A stretch of DNA of 64,000 nucleotides from Candidatus Ozemobacteraceae bacterium (GTDB taxonomy: Bacteria; Muiribacteriota; Ozemobacteria; Ozemobacterales; Ozemobacteraceae): contig OZ223236.1 of the NCBI GenBank assembly GCA_965140445.1, positions 1,984,001-2,048,000 of the forward strand, read 5' to 3'. Under the pieces are notes generated by a model that made no database searches, had not been told where the DNA came from, and saw only the letters and a program-made list of their open reading frames with translations. Shown piece by piece: positions 19,674-30,541 of the stretch. Numbering within the stretch: the stretch's first letter is position 1; each line of letters starts with the position of its first letter. A program made the translations under genes and the position numbers.

Positions 19674-22067
19674 TTAAAGCATGAAATAGGGATTAACATC
19701 TATGGAAATTCTCGTGTTATGAGGAACCTTAATCTCGTTCATTGCCTTATCAATAGTGATTACCAGCTCTTCAAGCGATAACATTTTTAAAACGAGTTGA
19801 TATCTGTATTTCCCGTGAATTCTTTCTATGGCTGCCGGAACAGGTCCCAGCAATTGAAAACCTGGTTTTTCAGATTGCTCCAGCAATTTATCCCCTAAAA
19901 GACTGGAAATTTCGCGAGCCTTATCTTCTATTTCTGAGGTTACAATAAATGAAGCCAGTTCCGTAAATGGTGGGAAAATAGCTTCTTTTCTCATAAGGGC
20001 TTCGGTTTCAAAAAAACCGTAATAATCTTCTGTTACGGCAAACTTTATCGAATGATGGTCTGGGTAATAAGTTTGCAAAACAACCCGGCCTGGGGTGTCA
20101 CCACGTCCAGCCCTGCCAGCAACCTGAGCTAGCAGGGAAAAGTTCCTTTCAGAAGCTCTGAAATCCGGGATTCTAAGTAAACTGTCAGCCGCGAGAATTC
20201 CCACAACTGTTACGTCCGGGAAATCAAGCCCTTTGGCAACCATCTGAGTTCCAATCAGAATATCAATTTTTTTCTGTCCAAACGCATCCAGAATTTCTTC
20301 CATATTGCCTTTGGGACCTACTGTGTCAGAGTCCAGGCGTTCAACCCGTGCTTCAGGAAAGTATCTTTTTGCTTCTGCTTCAACTCTCTGGGTTCCACCG
20401 CCGTAAAATTTAATTTTAGCACTTTGGCAGTTGGGGCAGGTTTGAGGAACTTGCTTTATCTCACCGCAGTAGTGGCAGCGTAGAATTTTGCTGCCCGCAT
20501 GATAAACAAGTGATACGTTGCATTTTGAGCATTGAACCGCTTCTCCGCATTCCCGGCAAAAGACAAAGCTGCTGTAACCTCTGCGATTTAAAAACAGTAT
20601 GACTTGCTTTTTATCTTTCAGCGCAGCTTTAATCTCTCTGCTTAAAGCCATTGAAAACATGGATCTGTTTTTCCTCGTAACCAGTTCAAAACGCATATCC
20701 ACGACTTCAACCATTGGTGGGAGTTTGTCTCCTACACGTTGGTTCATTTCAACTAAAACGTAATCATCATTTTTGCATTTCTGAAATGAATCTATGGTTG
20801 GCGTTGCTGAACCCATTACTAACAAGGCATTTTCAAGCTGACATCTAATCTGAGCTACTTCCCGGGCGTGGTATCTCGGTGAGTCTGCCTGCTTAAAAGA
20901 TGGTTCGCCTTCTTCGTCCAGAATTATAGTTCCCAGATTCGGCGTTGGGGCAAAAACTGCTGATCGGGCTCCAACTACTACAGGGCAGTGACCGCGCCTG
21001 ATCTCTTCCCATTGATCAAATCTTTCTCCATAACTTAGCTTGGAATGGAGTATCGCAACTTTTTCGCCAAACCTGTCTTTAAATCTTTTCATCATCTGAG
21101 GCGTGAGAGATATCTCTGGAACCAATACAATAGCTGATTTTCCCTTTGCTATGGTTTCGGCAACCCATCTTAAATAGACCTCGGTTTTTCCCGAGCAGGT
21201 TACACCCCTTACTAAAACTGGTCTCTTATCAGTGGCGTCCGACTTTTCAAGAGCTTCAAGGACATTTGCCTGATCTTGTGACAAAGAAGGAGCTGGAGTG
21301 GCTTCACGTTCATAATATTGCCCCTGGGCAACTTCACGGATTATTCGTTCTTCGCGCTCAACGATAAGATTTTTTTTCTTAAGCTGGCTGACTGGTCCAG
21401 CGCTTACCCCAGCTGCCTTCTGGATAGAGGAGCTGGTCATTGGACAATTGTTTTTTAGCAACAGCTCTATGACAATTTTTTCTTTAGGGGTTAACTTATC
21501 AATTTCTATTGGTGTTTCATGGTTTATTTGAAGAACCTTGATCATCTTGGGTTTAGCGTTTTGCGAAATCTGATGACCTATTTCAACGGTTCCGTCTATA
21601 ACCCAGTCATTTACCTTTCGGGAAGCACCTGGAAATTTGTCAATAAAGGTTGAATAATTAGCCCAATCTTGCTGTTTAAGCCATTCAAAAGGATCTACGT
21701 CTGCAATGCTCTGCCCTTTGGCAGTTAGTCTTATCAAGCGCTGAACCGTTTGTTTAACGCCTCCGGGAAGCATTGCATGCAAAACTTCGCCAGGCTTGCA
21801 AACGCAATCCCTTGCTACTCTAAATGCTAACTTAAGCATATTAGGGCTTAAAAGAGGAATTGGGTCAAGAATGGTTGAGACAGGACGGGTTTGAAAATCA
21901 GGCTGATTCTGATGGACTTTGGTTATGTACCCAATTATTCGTCGGTTTCTTACAAAAACCAGCGCTCTGGCACCTTCTTGTGGAATTTCATTTTCTGAAT
22001 CGTAATGGTAAGTTAATGTGCCATCGCCAATTGGATCTGGAAAGGAGACCTCAATAAAATGTCTCAT
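19674..22067 (-). CDS. priA: Primosomal protein N' helicase
   Basis: GVTCSGKTEVY, DEEG, four CxxC zinc motifs, GTQMVAKGLDF, QVAGRAGR. Confidence 0.96.
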   Translation of the reverse strand: MRHFIEVSFPDPIGDGTLTYHYDSENEIPQEGARALVFVRNRRIIGYITKVHQNQPDFQTRPVSTILDPIPLLSPNMLKLAFRVARDCVCKPGEVLHAMLPGGVKQTVQRLIRLTAKGQSIADVDPFEWLKQQDWANYSTFIDKFPGASRKVNDWVIDGTVEIGHQISQNAKPKMIKVLQINHETPIEIDKLTPKEKIVIELLLKNNCPMTSSSIQKAAGVSAGPVSQLKKKNLIVEREERIIREVAQGQYYEREATPAPSLSQDQANVLEALEKSDATDKRPVLVRGVTCSGKTEVYLRWVAETIAKGKSAIVLVPEISLTPQMMKRFKDRFGEKVAILHSKLSYGERFDQWEEIRRGHCPVVVGARSAVFAPTPNLGTIILDEEGEPSFKQADSPRYHAREVAQIRCQLENALLVMGSATPTIDSFQKCKNDDYVLVEMNQRVGDKLPPMVEVVDMRFELVTRKNRSMFSMALSREIKAALKDKKQVILFLNRRGYSSFVFCRECGEAVQCSKCNVSLVYHAGSKILRCHYCGEIKQVPQTCPNCQSAKIKFYGGGTQRVEAEAKRYFPEARVERLDSDTVGPKGNMEEILDAFGQKKIDILIGTQMVAKGLDFPDVTVVGILAADSLLRIPDFRASERNFSLLAQVAGRAGRGDTPGRVVLQTYYPDHHSIKFAVTEDYYGFFETEALMRKEAIFPPFTELASFIVTSEIEDKAREISSLLGDKLLEQSEKPGFQLLGPVPAAIERIHGKYRYQLVLKMLSLEELVITIDKAMNEIKVPHNTRISIDVNPYFML

Positions 22068-22073
22068 TACTTT

Positions 22074-23060
22074 TTATCCGTTATCAATAGATGATAAATG
22101 GGATAATAAAACATCAGAAAGCCTGGCAAAACAGCATTGACCATCCAGATTGGGAATAATTCTGTTGCAGCTTGGTGTGGCCAGCTCAATTCCATTTTTT
22201 AAGCGTTTGGCAAAAAACAGGTTATTGCTTGAGCCGTTCTCATTAATTTCGAATTCAGATTCTGGAAAGACGAACTTCACATTAAGTGGAGCTTTTATCT
22301 CTGTATTCAATTCCAATTCCATTTCAGTGATAAGTTCATGCTTTTTTTTGTTTTTTGAAACAGAAATTCGCGGGCCATCATAAGCTTCTATCAGCAGATC
22401 GCAGGTAGATTCTTCAGGAGACATTTTTTTTATGCCTCTCTGTTGAAGCTCTCTTGAAAGAATAGCTATCCAGCCAGGTTTCTCACAAAAGTGTTTATTC
22501 AAAGGTTCTGGGACATCATAAGAAATGTGAAAGGTTTTTGTTTTATTTAATTGTCTGTTATGCAAAAACTTTACAATTTCAGAAAACGACTGTTCAAAAA
22601 AGCTCGCAATCTTTGAGTTTGCTGCTGGCAATTCCGATAGAAAGCACGGAATTTCAGTAGCAACAGGGTCTGCTGTAAGTGAATGCTTTTCATGAAGGAT
22701 AAAGAATGCACTCGAATTACTTTTGCTGAATTCAATAACCGGATTGTCAGAAGTATTTGCAAAAACACATGTGAGATCATGTTTTTGAGGAGATATAAAA
22801 ACCGTACAATCAAATTGAATGTTGGTTCGCAAACTCCAGGAAGGATGATGGACTCTGGACAATACAGAACTACCGACAACTGATTTTATAGAGTTCTCGG
22901 TAACCCAGGCTTCTGCTCCATCAAGAAAAGCCGTTTTAACATCAAATCCTGATTGCGAAAAAAGCATTGCCAGCTCTAATGATAAGGCTGAAGCAATGCC
23001 TTTTCCAAAAACAATAAGAATTCTGGAAGAATTATTTTTTCTTTTCTTGGACCTCAACAA
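22074..23060 (-). CDS. Highly diverged CoaBC-like protein
   Basis: Lies between rpoZ and priA; N-terminus RILIVFGKGIASALSLELAMLFSQSGFDVK resembles the CoaC flavoprotein start, but catalytic motifs are not recognisable. Confidence 0.55.
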   Translation of the reverse strand: MLRSKKRKNNSSRILIVFGKGIASALSLELAMLFSQSGFDVKTAFLDGAEAWVTENSIKSVVGSSVLSRVHHPSWSLRTNIQFDCTVFISPQKHDLTCVFANTSDNPVIEFSKSNSSAFFILHEKHSLTADPVATEIPCFLSELPAANSKIASFFEQSFSEIVKFLHNRQLNKTKTFHISYDVPEPLNKHFCEKPGWIAILSRELQQRGIKKMSPEESTCDLLIEAYDGPRISVSKNKKKHELITEMELELNTEIKAPLNVKFVFPESEFEINENGSSNNLFFAKRLKNGIELATPSCNRIIPNLDGQCCFARLSDVLLSHLSSIDNG

Positions 23061-23235
23061 CGAGGGCTCCTGAAGCTATTTCTTCCATTGCAATTTTGAC
23101 CAGATTTTCGTCAAAATCTTCGATCAATCTTCTTTTTCCATCTACGAGCAATTTAACGCGGTTTGAAATTGCCATAACTGCATCATATTTGTTAGGAATT
23201 TTAGTTGTGATTTCTGTTCTTGAACGAAATTTCAT
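23032..23235 (-). CDS. rpoZ: RNA polymerase omega subunit
   Basis: [12 protein letters not shown]...[11 protein letters not shown]; synteny with remA and priA. Confidence 0.82.
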   Translation of the reverse strand: MKFRSRTEITTKIPNKYDAVMAISNRVKLLVDGKRRLIEDFDENLVKIAMEEIASGALVVEVQEKKK

Positions 23236-23549
23236 GATTCCACCTCCGTGGGTTCCATATCTTTGCCTACCGACGAATCGTCATGCTCACCAGCGTCATG
23301 ACTGACTTTCTTACCTAATAATCTCATTGCTGCTGTTTCTGGATTTATTGCAGAGAGGATAACGTGATTAGAATCAGTTACCACGATAGCTCTGGTTTTT
23401 CGGCCATAAGTAGCATCAATTAACTTGCCCTGTTCCTTGGCGTCTTCTTTTAGTCGCTTAATTGGAGCTGATCCGGGGCCTACTATTGCTACAATTCTCT
23501 CTGCAACAACAACATTTCCAAAACCGATATTAAGCAATCTTGCTCTCAT
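23232..23549 (-). CDS. remA: DUF370/RemA family regulator
   Basis: [35 protein letters not shown]. Confidence 0.93.
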   Translation of the reverse strand: MRARLLNIGFGNVVVAERIVAIVGPGSAPIKRLKEDAKEQGKLIDATYGRKTRAIVVTDSNHVILSAINPETAAMRLLGKKVSHDAGEHDDSSVGKDMEPTEVES

Positions 23550-23558
23550 ACTACGCTC

Positions 23559-24434
23559 CTATTCAAGATTCTGGGCTTGTTCACGAATTTTTTCGATTTC
23601 ACATTTTATGTCGAGGACATGCTGTGAAATTTCTACATCATTTATTTTGCTGCTAAGAGTGTTGGCTTCACGATTTAGTTCCTGGACCAGAAAGTCTAAT
23701 CTTCTACCAATTGGTTTTGAAGATTTAAGAATGTTTTCCATCTCTTTGAGATGACTGTGAAGTCTTTCTAATTCTTCGCTAACGTCACTTTTGTCTGCCC
23801 AGATCGCAATTTCTGTGCTCATGCGCGACTCATCATAACCGGCTTTTTCGGTAAGCTCAGTTATTCTTTCAGTGAAACGCTTGATGTAGTCTTGTTTAAA
23901 ATCAGGAAGCTTTTCTTCAATCTTTTTGATTGCTTCAGTAAGATTTGCTTTCCTCTGAAGAAGATCAGCTGCTGTATTAGCACCTTCTCTTTGTCTGGCT
24001 TCAATAAAAACTTTTATAGCTTCTTCAAGAACTGGTGAAATTCTGTTCCAGATCTTTTCAGTGTCAGATGGTTTGTTATCAACCTTCATGACTCCAGGAA
24101 GAGAAAGAAGTCCGTCAAGCTGGAGAGGTAACTCAAGGCCTGTTTCCTGGTTTAATTCCTGATTGAGTGATACAAGCTTTTTTAAAAGTGGCTTGTTAAT
24201 AATAACATCTTGATTCGGGCTATAATCCACGTATTCAAGGTGTAAATAAAGTTTTCCCCTAGTGACCATCTGACTAATGCTTTTGCGAATTTGTCCATCG
24301 GCCCAATTAAAACCATAAGGAAGATGGAGGTCTATCTGAAGGAAACGGTTGTTGACAGACTTAAGCTCAACGCTAACGCGCCCAGCCTCATCTGAAAAAG
24401 TTGATCGCCCAAAACCTGTTAAGCTTGAAATCAT
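23559..24434 (-). CDS. yicC: YicC/YloC family endoribonuclease
   Basis: SLTGFGR, ELKSVNNRFL, GRRLDFLVQELNREANTLSSK, IREQAQNLE. Confidence 0.95.
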   Translation of the reverse strand: MISSLTGFGRSTFSDEAGRVSVELKSVNNRFLQIDLHLPYGFNWADGQIRKSISQMVTRGKLYLHLEYVDYSPNQDVIINKPLLKKLVSLNQELNQETGLELPLQLDGLLSLPGVMKVDNKPSDTEKIWNRISPVLEEAIKVFIEARQREGANTAADLLQRKANLTEAIKKIEEKLPDFKQDYIKRFTERITELTEKAGYDESRMSTEIAIWADKSDVSEELERLHSHLKEMENILKSSKPIGRRLDFLVQELNREANTLSSKINDVEISQHVLDIKCEIEKIREQAQNLE

Positions 24435-24442
24435 AGGCGGTA

Positions 24443-24471
24443 ATTATATCGTACATTTTCCAAGCTTTCAA
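24443..24471 (-). promoter_or_regulatory. sigma70 promoter of the yicC operon, probably leaderless
   Basis: TTGAAA-17-TATAAT, 8 nt before ATG 24434, no SD. Confidence 0.7.
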
Positions 24472-24565
24472 GGGAATAAAATTTCTTTCAAAATATGCTC
24501 TGAATGTAACTTATAATCTGGAAAAAAAAAGTGGATTTTTTCTAACTTATAAATATTCAATCTGT

Positions 24566-25342
24566 ATGCTCAAAATTTTTGATACCCATTGCCATTTAGA
24601 TTCTCCTGTTTTTTCCAATGATTGCTCCGAAGTGCTTGAAAGATCATATAAAGTGGGCGTGCGCGGATTAATTGTTCCAGGAGTAACAGGTGCTTCTCGT
24701 CTGGAGTTAAATTTCAACCATGGAATTAAGATTTTTAAAGCCTGGGGAAAGCATCCAATATTTGAAGACAATTACCTGTACAATGAAAATGCCTTTTTTG
24801 ACAAAGATGCTGTTTGTGATGCTCCATTTGTGGCGATTGGGGAATGTGGATTGGATAGGCGATACAAATTTAGCCTTGAATCTCAATTGGCGCTTTTCAA
24901 GAAGCAGCTTGAGATTGCAACAGAATTGAAAATTCCGGTTATAGTTCATCTGGTAGGCTATTGGGATGAAGCAATAAAGCTTGCAAAGCAGTATTGTTCA
25001 AAATCCAGTCCCTGGATTTTACATTCTTTTTCAGGCTCTGCAGAGCTGGCCGAGCGTTTTCTGAGCATGGGCTGTTTTTTATCATTTTCTGGAAATATTT
25101 GCCGGGAAAAAAATCATAAAACCTTAAAGGTTGCAGAATCTGTACCCTTAGATCGGATTCTAATTGAAACGGATAGTCCGGATATGGCCGTGGAAATTTT
25201 TCCTTCTAAAAGAAATGAACCGGCTAATTTGAGGATTATTTTTGAGAAAGTAGCAAATATAAAGGGAATTTCCGCAGAAAAAATGTCTGAAATTTTGCTC
25301 CATAATACTTATAATGCTTTTAACCTCTCAATCGAAATTTAA
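24566..25342 (+). CDS. tatD: TatD family nuclease
   Basis: DTHCHLD, AIGECGLD, LHSFSG, LIETDSP. Confidence 0.93.
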   Translation: MLKIFDTHCHLDSPVFSNDCSEVLERSYKVGVRGLIVPGVTGASRLELNFNHGIKIFKAWGKHPIFEDNYLYNENAFFDKDAVCDAPFVAIGECGLDRRYKFSLESQLALFKKQLEIATELKIPVIVHLVGYWDEAIKLAKQYCSKSSPWILHSFSGSAELAERFLSMGCFLSFSGNICREKNHKTLKVAESVPLDRILIETDSPDMAVEIFPSKRNEPANLRIIFEKVANIKGISAEKMSEILLHNTYNAFNLSIEI

Positions 25343-25365
25343 CTATTCACAGCAGGAGAATTATT

Positions 25366-26148
25366 TTGGATAACCGTTTTCATAGAACAGGGCTACTTAT
25401 AGGTGAAAAAGCAGTAGAAAAACTTAAAAATTCTCATGTGGCTGTATTTGGAATGGGCGGAGTTGGTTCTTATGCCGTTGAAGGATTGGCAAGAGCCGGA
25501 GTAGGCCATCTAACCATTATGGATTTTGATTCTGTTGGTATTTCAAATATTAATCGTCAGAATATTGCTTTATCCGAAACAGTGGGCATGCCTAAGGTTG
25601 ACGTGATGGAAAAGCGCATTTTAAGCATTAATCCAGAATGTAAAGTCACAAAAATTCATGATTTCTTTTGTGAAGATAACAGTGACCAGATATTGAACCA
25701 GAAATTTGATGCAGTTGTAGATGCAATTGATTCATTTAATCCCAAAATTAGATTAATAGTTGAGACTCTTAAACGAGAAATTCCTCTATTTGCAGCAATG
25801 GGGGCAGCAGGAAAAATTGATCCGTCCATGATTCGAATGGGGGACATTTCTAAGAGTAATATCTGTCCACTTGCCAGAAGAGTAAGAAAAAGCTTACGTA
25901 GTTTTGGTATAACCAGTGGATTTAATGTCGTTTACTCAATTGAACCACCAATACTCCCATTCTCACCTTATGAAATCGAAGAAGAGAAAAGAGAAGTTTC
26001 TCTCGACCGAGGAAGACTAAGAATGGTACAGGGATCAATCAGTTATTTAACTGCTATTTTTGGATTAAGCCTCTCTGGGCTGGTTATACAACACTTAACG
26101 GGCTTCTCCACAGCAAGAGAAAGCCCCCAGGCGGATATTCCGAGATAG
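25366..26148 (+). CDS. tcdA: tRNA threonylcarbamoyladenosine dehydratase (ThiF family)
   Basis: GMGGVGSYAVEGLAR, SNINRQ, VVDAIDS, MGAAGKIDP, CPLARRVRK. Confidence 0.88.
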   Translation: MDNRFHRTGLLIGEKAVEKLKNSHVAVFGMGGVGSYAVEGLARAGVGHLTIMDFDSVGISNINRQNIALSETVGMPKVDVMEKRILSINPECKVTKIHDFFCEDNSDQILNQKFDAVVDAIDSFNPKIRLIVETLKREIPLFAAMGAAGKIDPSMIRMGDISKSNICPLARRVRKSLRSFGITSGFNVVYSIEPPILPFSPYEIEEEKREVSLDRGRLRMVQGSISYLTAIFGLSLSGLVIQHLTGFSTARESPQADIPR

Positions 26149-26155
26149 ATTAAAA

Positions 26156-26956
26156 TTATTTAAAAATTTCAAAAAGCTGAGAAATCGAAATGTTTCCTGG
26201 TCTGGCTTTAGAGTCAATTCCAGCTTTTTCAAACTTTTCATCCCAATCAATCTGGTTGAATCTTTTCTTGAGAAGAGGAAGGGCCATTTTGCGCTTCTGC
26301 TGAAAAATAACTGAAGCAAACTTCAGGGTTTTTTCCCGCTCCGCGATTTCTTCCTCAGTTAAATTATAGGGTTCTACCACCAATATTGTGCTGTTGATTT
26401 TTGGCTTTGGAGTGAAAGATTCTGGCCCGTAAGTGTTTCCAGTATAGGCTTTTGCATAGAACTGAATCTGTAGCGAAAGAAAACCGTAATCACTTGAATT
26501 TACAGGGGCTGCAGCTTTTTTGGAAACCTCTTCCTGCAACAGAAAAACCATGCGAAGGGGCTTAGGGCTTTTTGCGAGAAAACTTCTTATAATTGGAGTC
26601 CCGCAGTAGTAGGGGAGATTACCTGTTACCAGCAACTTATCGGTTATTGGGGGAAATTGTTCGGGGCGGATTTCAAGAAAATCTCCCCAGATAAAGTTTA
26701 CTGACGGAAACTTTGCCAAAAGGCTTTCCTGAAGGCGCTCATCTATTTCAAAAGCGGTGAGTTGGGCGCCGGTTTGCAGAAGTTTCTCGGTTAACGCGCC
26801 CTTTCCTGGGCCAATTTCCCATATTTCATTATCTTCCTGTGCGCCAAGAAGCTCCAATACTTCTTCCGGGATTCGCTCATCTTTGCAGAAGTTTTGTCCC
26901 AGTGATTTTTTCGCTCTCAATCCATCAGAGTTTCTGAAGTTGCATTTATTATTCAT
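26156..26956 (-). CDS. rsmA: 16S rRNA m6,2A dimethyltransferase
   Basis: KKSLGQNF, EIGPGKGALT, GNLPYY. Confidence 0.95.
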   Translation of the reverse strand: MNNKCNFRNSDGLRAKKSLGQNFCKDERIPEEVLELLGAQEDNEIWEIGPGKGALTEKLLQTGAQLTAFEIDERLQESLLAKFPSVNFIWGDFLEIRPEQFPPITDKLLVTGNLPYYCGTPIIRSFLAKSPKPLRMVFLLQEEVSKKAAAPVNSSDYGFLSLQIQFYAKAYTGNTYGPESFTPKPKINSTILVVEPYNLTEEEIAEREKTLKFASVIFQQKRKMALPLLKKRFNQIDWDEKFEKAGIDSKARPGNISISQLFEIFK

Positions 26957-26962
26957 TAAAAT

Positions 26963-27256
26963 TTATTCCCAGAAGTCGTCATCGTCTTCTTCAATTTTTT
27001 TTGAAATGTCCTTTAGAATTTCAAAATATTCACTTCTTATACTTTTTTTCAAAGAAGTTCCTTTGATTTCCTGAAGAACTTTAACGGTTATTTCTCGTTT
27101 GGCTAATACTATTTCAATAATATCGCCTACGGAAACCTCTTTGGTGGCTTTGGCTGGTTGCTGGTTTACTTTTACCAGTTCTCTTTTGCAGGCTTCGTTG
27201 GCCAGAGCTCTTCTTTTTATAAGGCCTGTAACTTGTAGGTATTTATCTAGTCGCAT
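26963..27256 (-). CDS. S4-domain RNA-binding protein (YabO/RqcP-Hsp15 family)
   Basis: MRLDKYLQVTGLIKRRALANEAC...VGDIIEI; GAGG SD. Confidence 0.88.
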   Translation of the reverse strand: MRLDKYLQVTGLIKRRALANEACKRELVKVNQQPAKATKEVSVGDIIEIVLAKREITVKVLQEIKGTSLKKSIRSEYFEILKDISKKIEEDDDDFWE

Positions 27257-27316
27257 TTTCCTTACCTCTTTAATAAGTGATAGTTTCGCAGGCTGGTAAC
27301 AAAAAGTCAAACCAAT

Positions 27317-27352
27317 AAAAAAAGGCTGCCAGGCGTTATGCATGGCAGCCTT
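27317..27352 (-). terminator. Intrinsic terminator after the PPIase gene
   Basis: AAGGCTGCCA/TGGCAGCCTT stem with U-tract on the minus strand. Confidence 0.75.
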
Positions 27353-27363
27353 CTTATTTGATC

Positions 27364-30306
27364 TTAAAGTTCTGCTAGAACCTGTGGGTGTCTGATAACG
27401 TGAGCCTGATTTCTCAAGCCTTTTAAGAAAGCTGTAAAGGTCTTTTCAGAATACTCTTGCTTAATCTGACGTTTCAGAGAATTTCTAACTTCTGGTGTTA
27501 AAGTTGCTTTAACGCCAGGAGTTTCATCAGCATCCAACAGGGCAATTACATAACCATAAGCAGTTTTGATTGGCTTTGTATACTGGCCCTTTTTCAGGTT
27601 CCAAACAGCCTTGTCAAGCTCTGGAGATAACTGGCCACGCTTGATAGCTGGAATTTTTCCACCCTGAGAAGCTGAACCGTCAATCGAATAGGTTTTTGCT
27701 AGAAGATAGAAAATTTCCCCCTGCTGAAGTCTTTTATAAAGCTCAGATGCTGTTTTTTCATCTGAAACAACAATCTGTCTAAGCTGTCTTGTGGCAGGTT
27801 TATCAAGTTTATCTTTATTGGCTTCAAAAGCTTTCTGAATATCTTCTTCGGTAGGTTCTAAAGTAACCATTTTAAACAGGTCGCTTTTGATTTCTTCAAA
27901 TGGTTGATATTTATCGCCTTGATAATCAAGAAGTTCAACGAAATGGTAACCTAACTCAGATTTGATTGGACCAACAACTTTGTTTTTCCAGTTTCCATCT
28001 TTTTGGAGCATCATGATTGCCGAATGAATTTCTGGAAGATAAGTTCTGCCATCCATTGAGAATTTACCAAGGCCTTCTGAAAGTGCATAACTTGAGAAGC
28101 CAGGGCTTTTTGAGAATGGAAGAGGACCAATTTTAGTTTTGAGTTCTTTGTCGTCTTTTTTATAAGCCTTAACCAATTTATCAAAACTTGCACCTTTATT
28201 GTTTGCAATAAGGTCGTTAGCAGCTTTTTCTGCCATTTGTTTTTGTTTATCTTCTTCAATAATTTTTCTGATTTTTGTTTTCAAACTTTCTGTTAAAGCA
28301 AGCTGAACTGGCTCAAGCTTTTCTATCATTTTGAAAAGATGGAAACCGTTTTCTGTTTCAATAACATCAGAAATTTCATTAACATCAAGAGCAAAAACGG
28401 CTTTTTCGATTTTTGGATCGATAAAGTAACCGTTGCCACCAATTTCATCAAACAGGATTTTACGTTGTTCTACAGAGTAATCATCAGTGATTTCGCCTTT
28501 AAAGAAAACTGGAAGCTTGCCATCATTCTTTCTTGAAGCGCCCATTGAAATCATTTTTACAGACTTAGCAAAGTCTTCGTTCTGATGAATAGCTTTTTGC
28601 TTAGCAGTTTCAAGAGAAGCTGAAGCTTTTAAAGAGGCTTGTTCGGCACGAATTTCTGCTGAAATTTCAGCTCTAACTTCGTCCAGAGACTTGGTTTTTT
28701 CTGCAGTTTTGCCTTCAACTTTGATGATATGATAACCAAATTGAGTTCTAACTGGTTCAGTTATATCACCAATCTTTGTAGCAAATGCAGCTTCTTCAAA
28801 AGGTTTTACCATTGCTCCGCGGCCAAATTCGCCAAGGTCTCCGCCTTTTTTGGCAGATCCGGGATCTTGTGAAAATTCTTTCGCAAGTGTTGCAAAATCT
28901 TCGTTATTGTTTTTGATTCTGGCAAGTAGTTCTTCAGCTTCTTTTTTAGCTGCTGCATACGCTGCTTCAGTATCAAATGAACTGCTAACATCAAAGTTAT
29001 TTACAACTCCGCCATCTTTAACCTGAAGCTTTGCAACTTTCAGATCCTTGTTTACGAGGATTGCGATTGTTCCGGAAACTGCTGGTTTTGGAGAACCAGA
29101 AATTGGAAGTTCAAGCGCTCCTTCAGTAAGAGCAAGACTGTCTGAAGTTGGATAAAAGCTTTGCCCATCATCAGTTTCAATGCAGAAATTGTCTAGTTTA
29201 ATGTGACTTGAGCTTGATAATCCTGAAATTCCAGCGTCAAAAGTATAAAGAACCATATTTTCATGATCTTTTTTCGCAAAATTTCTCAGATTAATTTTGA
29301 AGCTTGGAAAATCATAATCAAAATTATTTTTAGGCTTAATAAGTATGTGACGGGCACTTACTTTTTCTGGAGTTTTATACTTGCTTGCGTTTTCTGTATA
29401 GACTTTTCTGATTCTGTTTTCATCTTCAGGAATTGTTGCAATAAAGTCTTCAGATTTAGGATTAATGTAAATGTGTGATACAGAAACTCTTTTTGAACTT
29501 ACAAAGTCATTTCTGTGAGAATCAAAATAAGATTTTACCTGATCATCAGTTACATCTACTTTTCCAACGAAATCAGATGGTTCAATTACAAGATGATTGA
29601 AAGTTACTTCGTCATCTTCTCTGAATCTTATTTTATTATCTTCATAATATTTTCTTAAAACAGCGTCAGTTGCACTTGCAACTGGAACTGGTTTCAATAG
29701 ATTCTGAGCTACGCTTTGAACTGTGAATTCTTTTAACTTTTCAATTCCGAATTCCTTTTCTGAAAGACCTTGTTTTCTAAGGTTTCTTGCGAATTCTACC
29801 GGTGAAATCTGTTGTTTAGCTTTTTGAACTATTGCATCAGGAGTGACGGGGGGCTTGATGTTGTTAGCTTGAGCATATAGCTGAATCAATGATTGAGTAA
29901 TCAAACCATCTACAGCTCTTTCTTTTATCATGTCGCCATAAAACTTCTTGATGCCTTCTGGCATGTTGGCTAATTGAATATACTCTGGACTATCTTTGAT
30001 AGATCTCCAAACCGTCTTCAAGTCAATAATAGTCGTCAGAGATGCATTTGCTGTAGGATAAGAAAGATGCACAACTGGTAAGTTGATCTTATCCTGAAGA
30101 TTGGCTGGGATTGCATTTTTTGCAGCCGCAGCGTCCCTTTCAGCTTTTGCGTTAGCCTTGTCCCTCTCTTCTTGTGCGCGAATTGCGCGGGAAGTTCCGT
30201 AACCAATTACGAAAATGGAGGAAACAAAAAGAATTACTGTTGCCCAGATGATTTCCTTAATATGTAATCTGAGCCATTTCATGGACATGAACGTTGCCTT
30301 GGCCAT
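27364..30306 (-). CDS. Membrane-anchored PpiD/SurA-like multi-parvulin foldase
   Basis: N-terminal [38 protein letters not shown] and further parvulin-like repeats. Confidence 0.88.
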   Translation of the reverse strand: MAKATFMSMKWLRLHIKEIIWATVILFVSSIFVIGYGTSRAIRAQEERDKANAKAERDAAAAKNAIPANLQDKINLPVVHLSYPTANASLTTIIDLKTVWRSIKDSPEYIQLANMPEGIKKFYGDMIKERAVDGLITQSLIQLYAQANNIKPPVTPDAIVQKAKQQISPVEFARNLRKQGLSEKEFGIEKLKEFTVQSVAQNLLKPVPVASATDAVLRKYYEDNKIRFREDDEVTFNHLVIEPSDFVGKVDVTDDQVKSYFDSHRNDFVSSKRVSVSHIYINPKSEDFIATIPEDENRIRKVYTENASKYKTPEKVSARHILIKPKNNFDYDFPSFKINLRNFAKKDHENMVLYTFDAGISGLSSSSHIKLDNFCIETDDGQSFYPTSDSLALTEGALELPISGSPKPAVSGTIAILVNKDLKVAKLQVKDGGVVNNFDVSSSFDTEAAYAAAKKEAEELLARIKNNNEDFATLAKEFSQDPGSAKKGGDLGEFGRGAMVKPFEEAAFATKIGDITEPVRTQFGYHIIKVEGKTAEKTKSLDEVRAEISAEIRAEQASLKASASLETAKQKAIHQNEDFAKSVKMISMGASRKNDGKLPVFFKGEITDDYSVEQRKILFDEIGGNGYFIDPKIEKAVFALDVNEISDVIETENGFHLFKMIEKLEPVQLALTESLKTKIRKIIEEDKQKQMAEKAANDLIANNKGASFDKLVKAYKKDDKELKTKIGPLPFSKSPGFSSYALSEGLGKFSMDGRTYLPEIHSAIMMLQKDGNWKNKVVGPIKSELGYHFVELLDYQGDKYQPFEEIKSDLFKMVTLEPTEEDIQKAFEANKDKLDKPATRQLRQIVVSDEKTASELYKRLQQGEIFYLLAKTYSIDGSASQGGKIPAIKRGQLSPELDKAVWNLKKGQYTKPIKTAYGYVIALLDADETPGVKATLTPEVRNSLKRQIKQEYSEKTFTAFLKGLRNQAHVIRHPQVLAEL

Positions 30307-30399
30307 TATGCCGTCACCTCTTCTATTTTTTCTTTGGATTCAAAGCTACCTGAGCTTTGATTAATGTAAACACATAGCTACAATGCTCAAGAATTGTGG

Positions 30400-30429
30400 A
30401 TTATATCACCGCATAATCACGTATGTCAA
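30400..30429 (-). promoter_or_regulatory. sigma70 promoter of the PPIase gene
   Basis: TTGACA-18-TATAAT with TG extension. Confidence 0.75.
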
Positions 30430-30465
30430 AATGCATTTAACATTTTTTTATGTACCGTTTGAGAC

Positions 30466-30495
30466 TTGACACATGTTAAAAACATTTGATACTAT
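30466..30495 (+). promoter_or_regulatory. sigma70 promoter of the small Cys-rich gene
   Basis: TTGACA-18-TACTAT with TG extension. Confidence 0.65.
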
Positions 30496-30541
30496 TCTAG
30501 GAGTCCAATAAGTTAATAAGATTTTATCAGGAGGATGTAGT

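Noticed and set aside
30394..30411. Rex-like site TTGTGGATTATATCACCG
   Set aside because: Four mismatches to consensus, and largely explained by the overlapping -10 box
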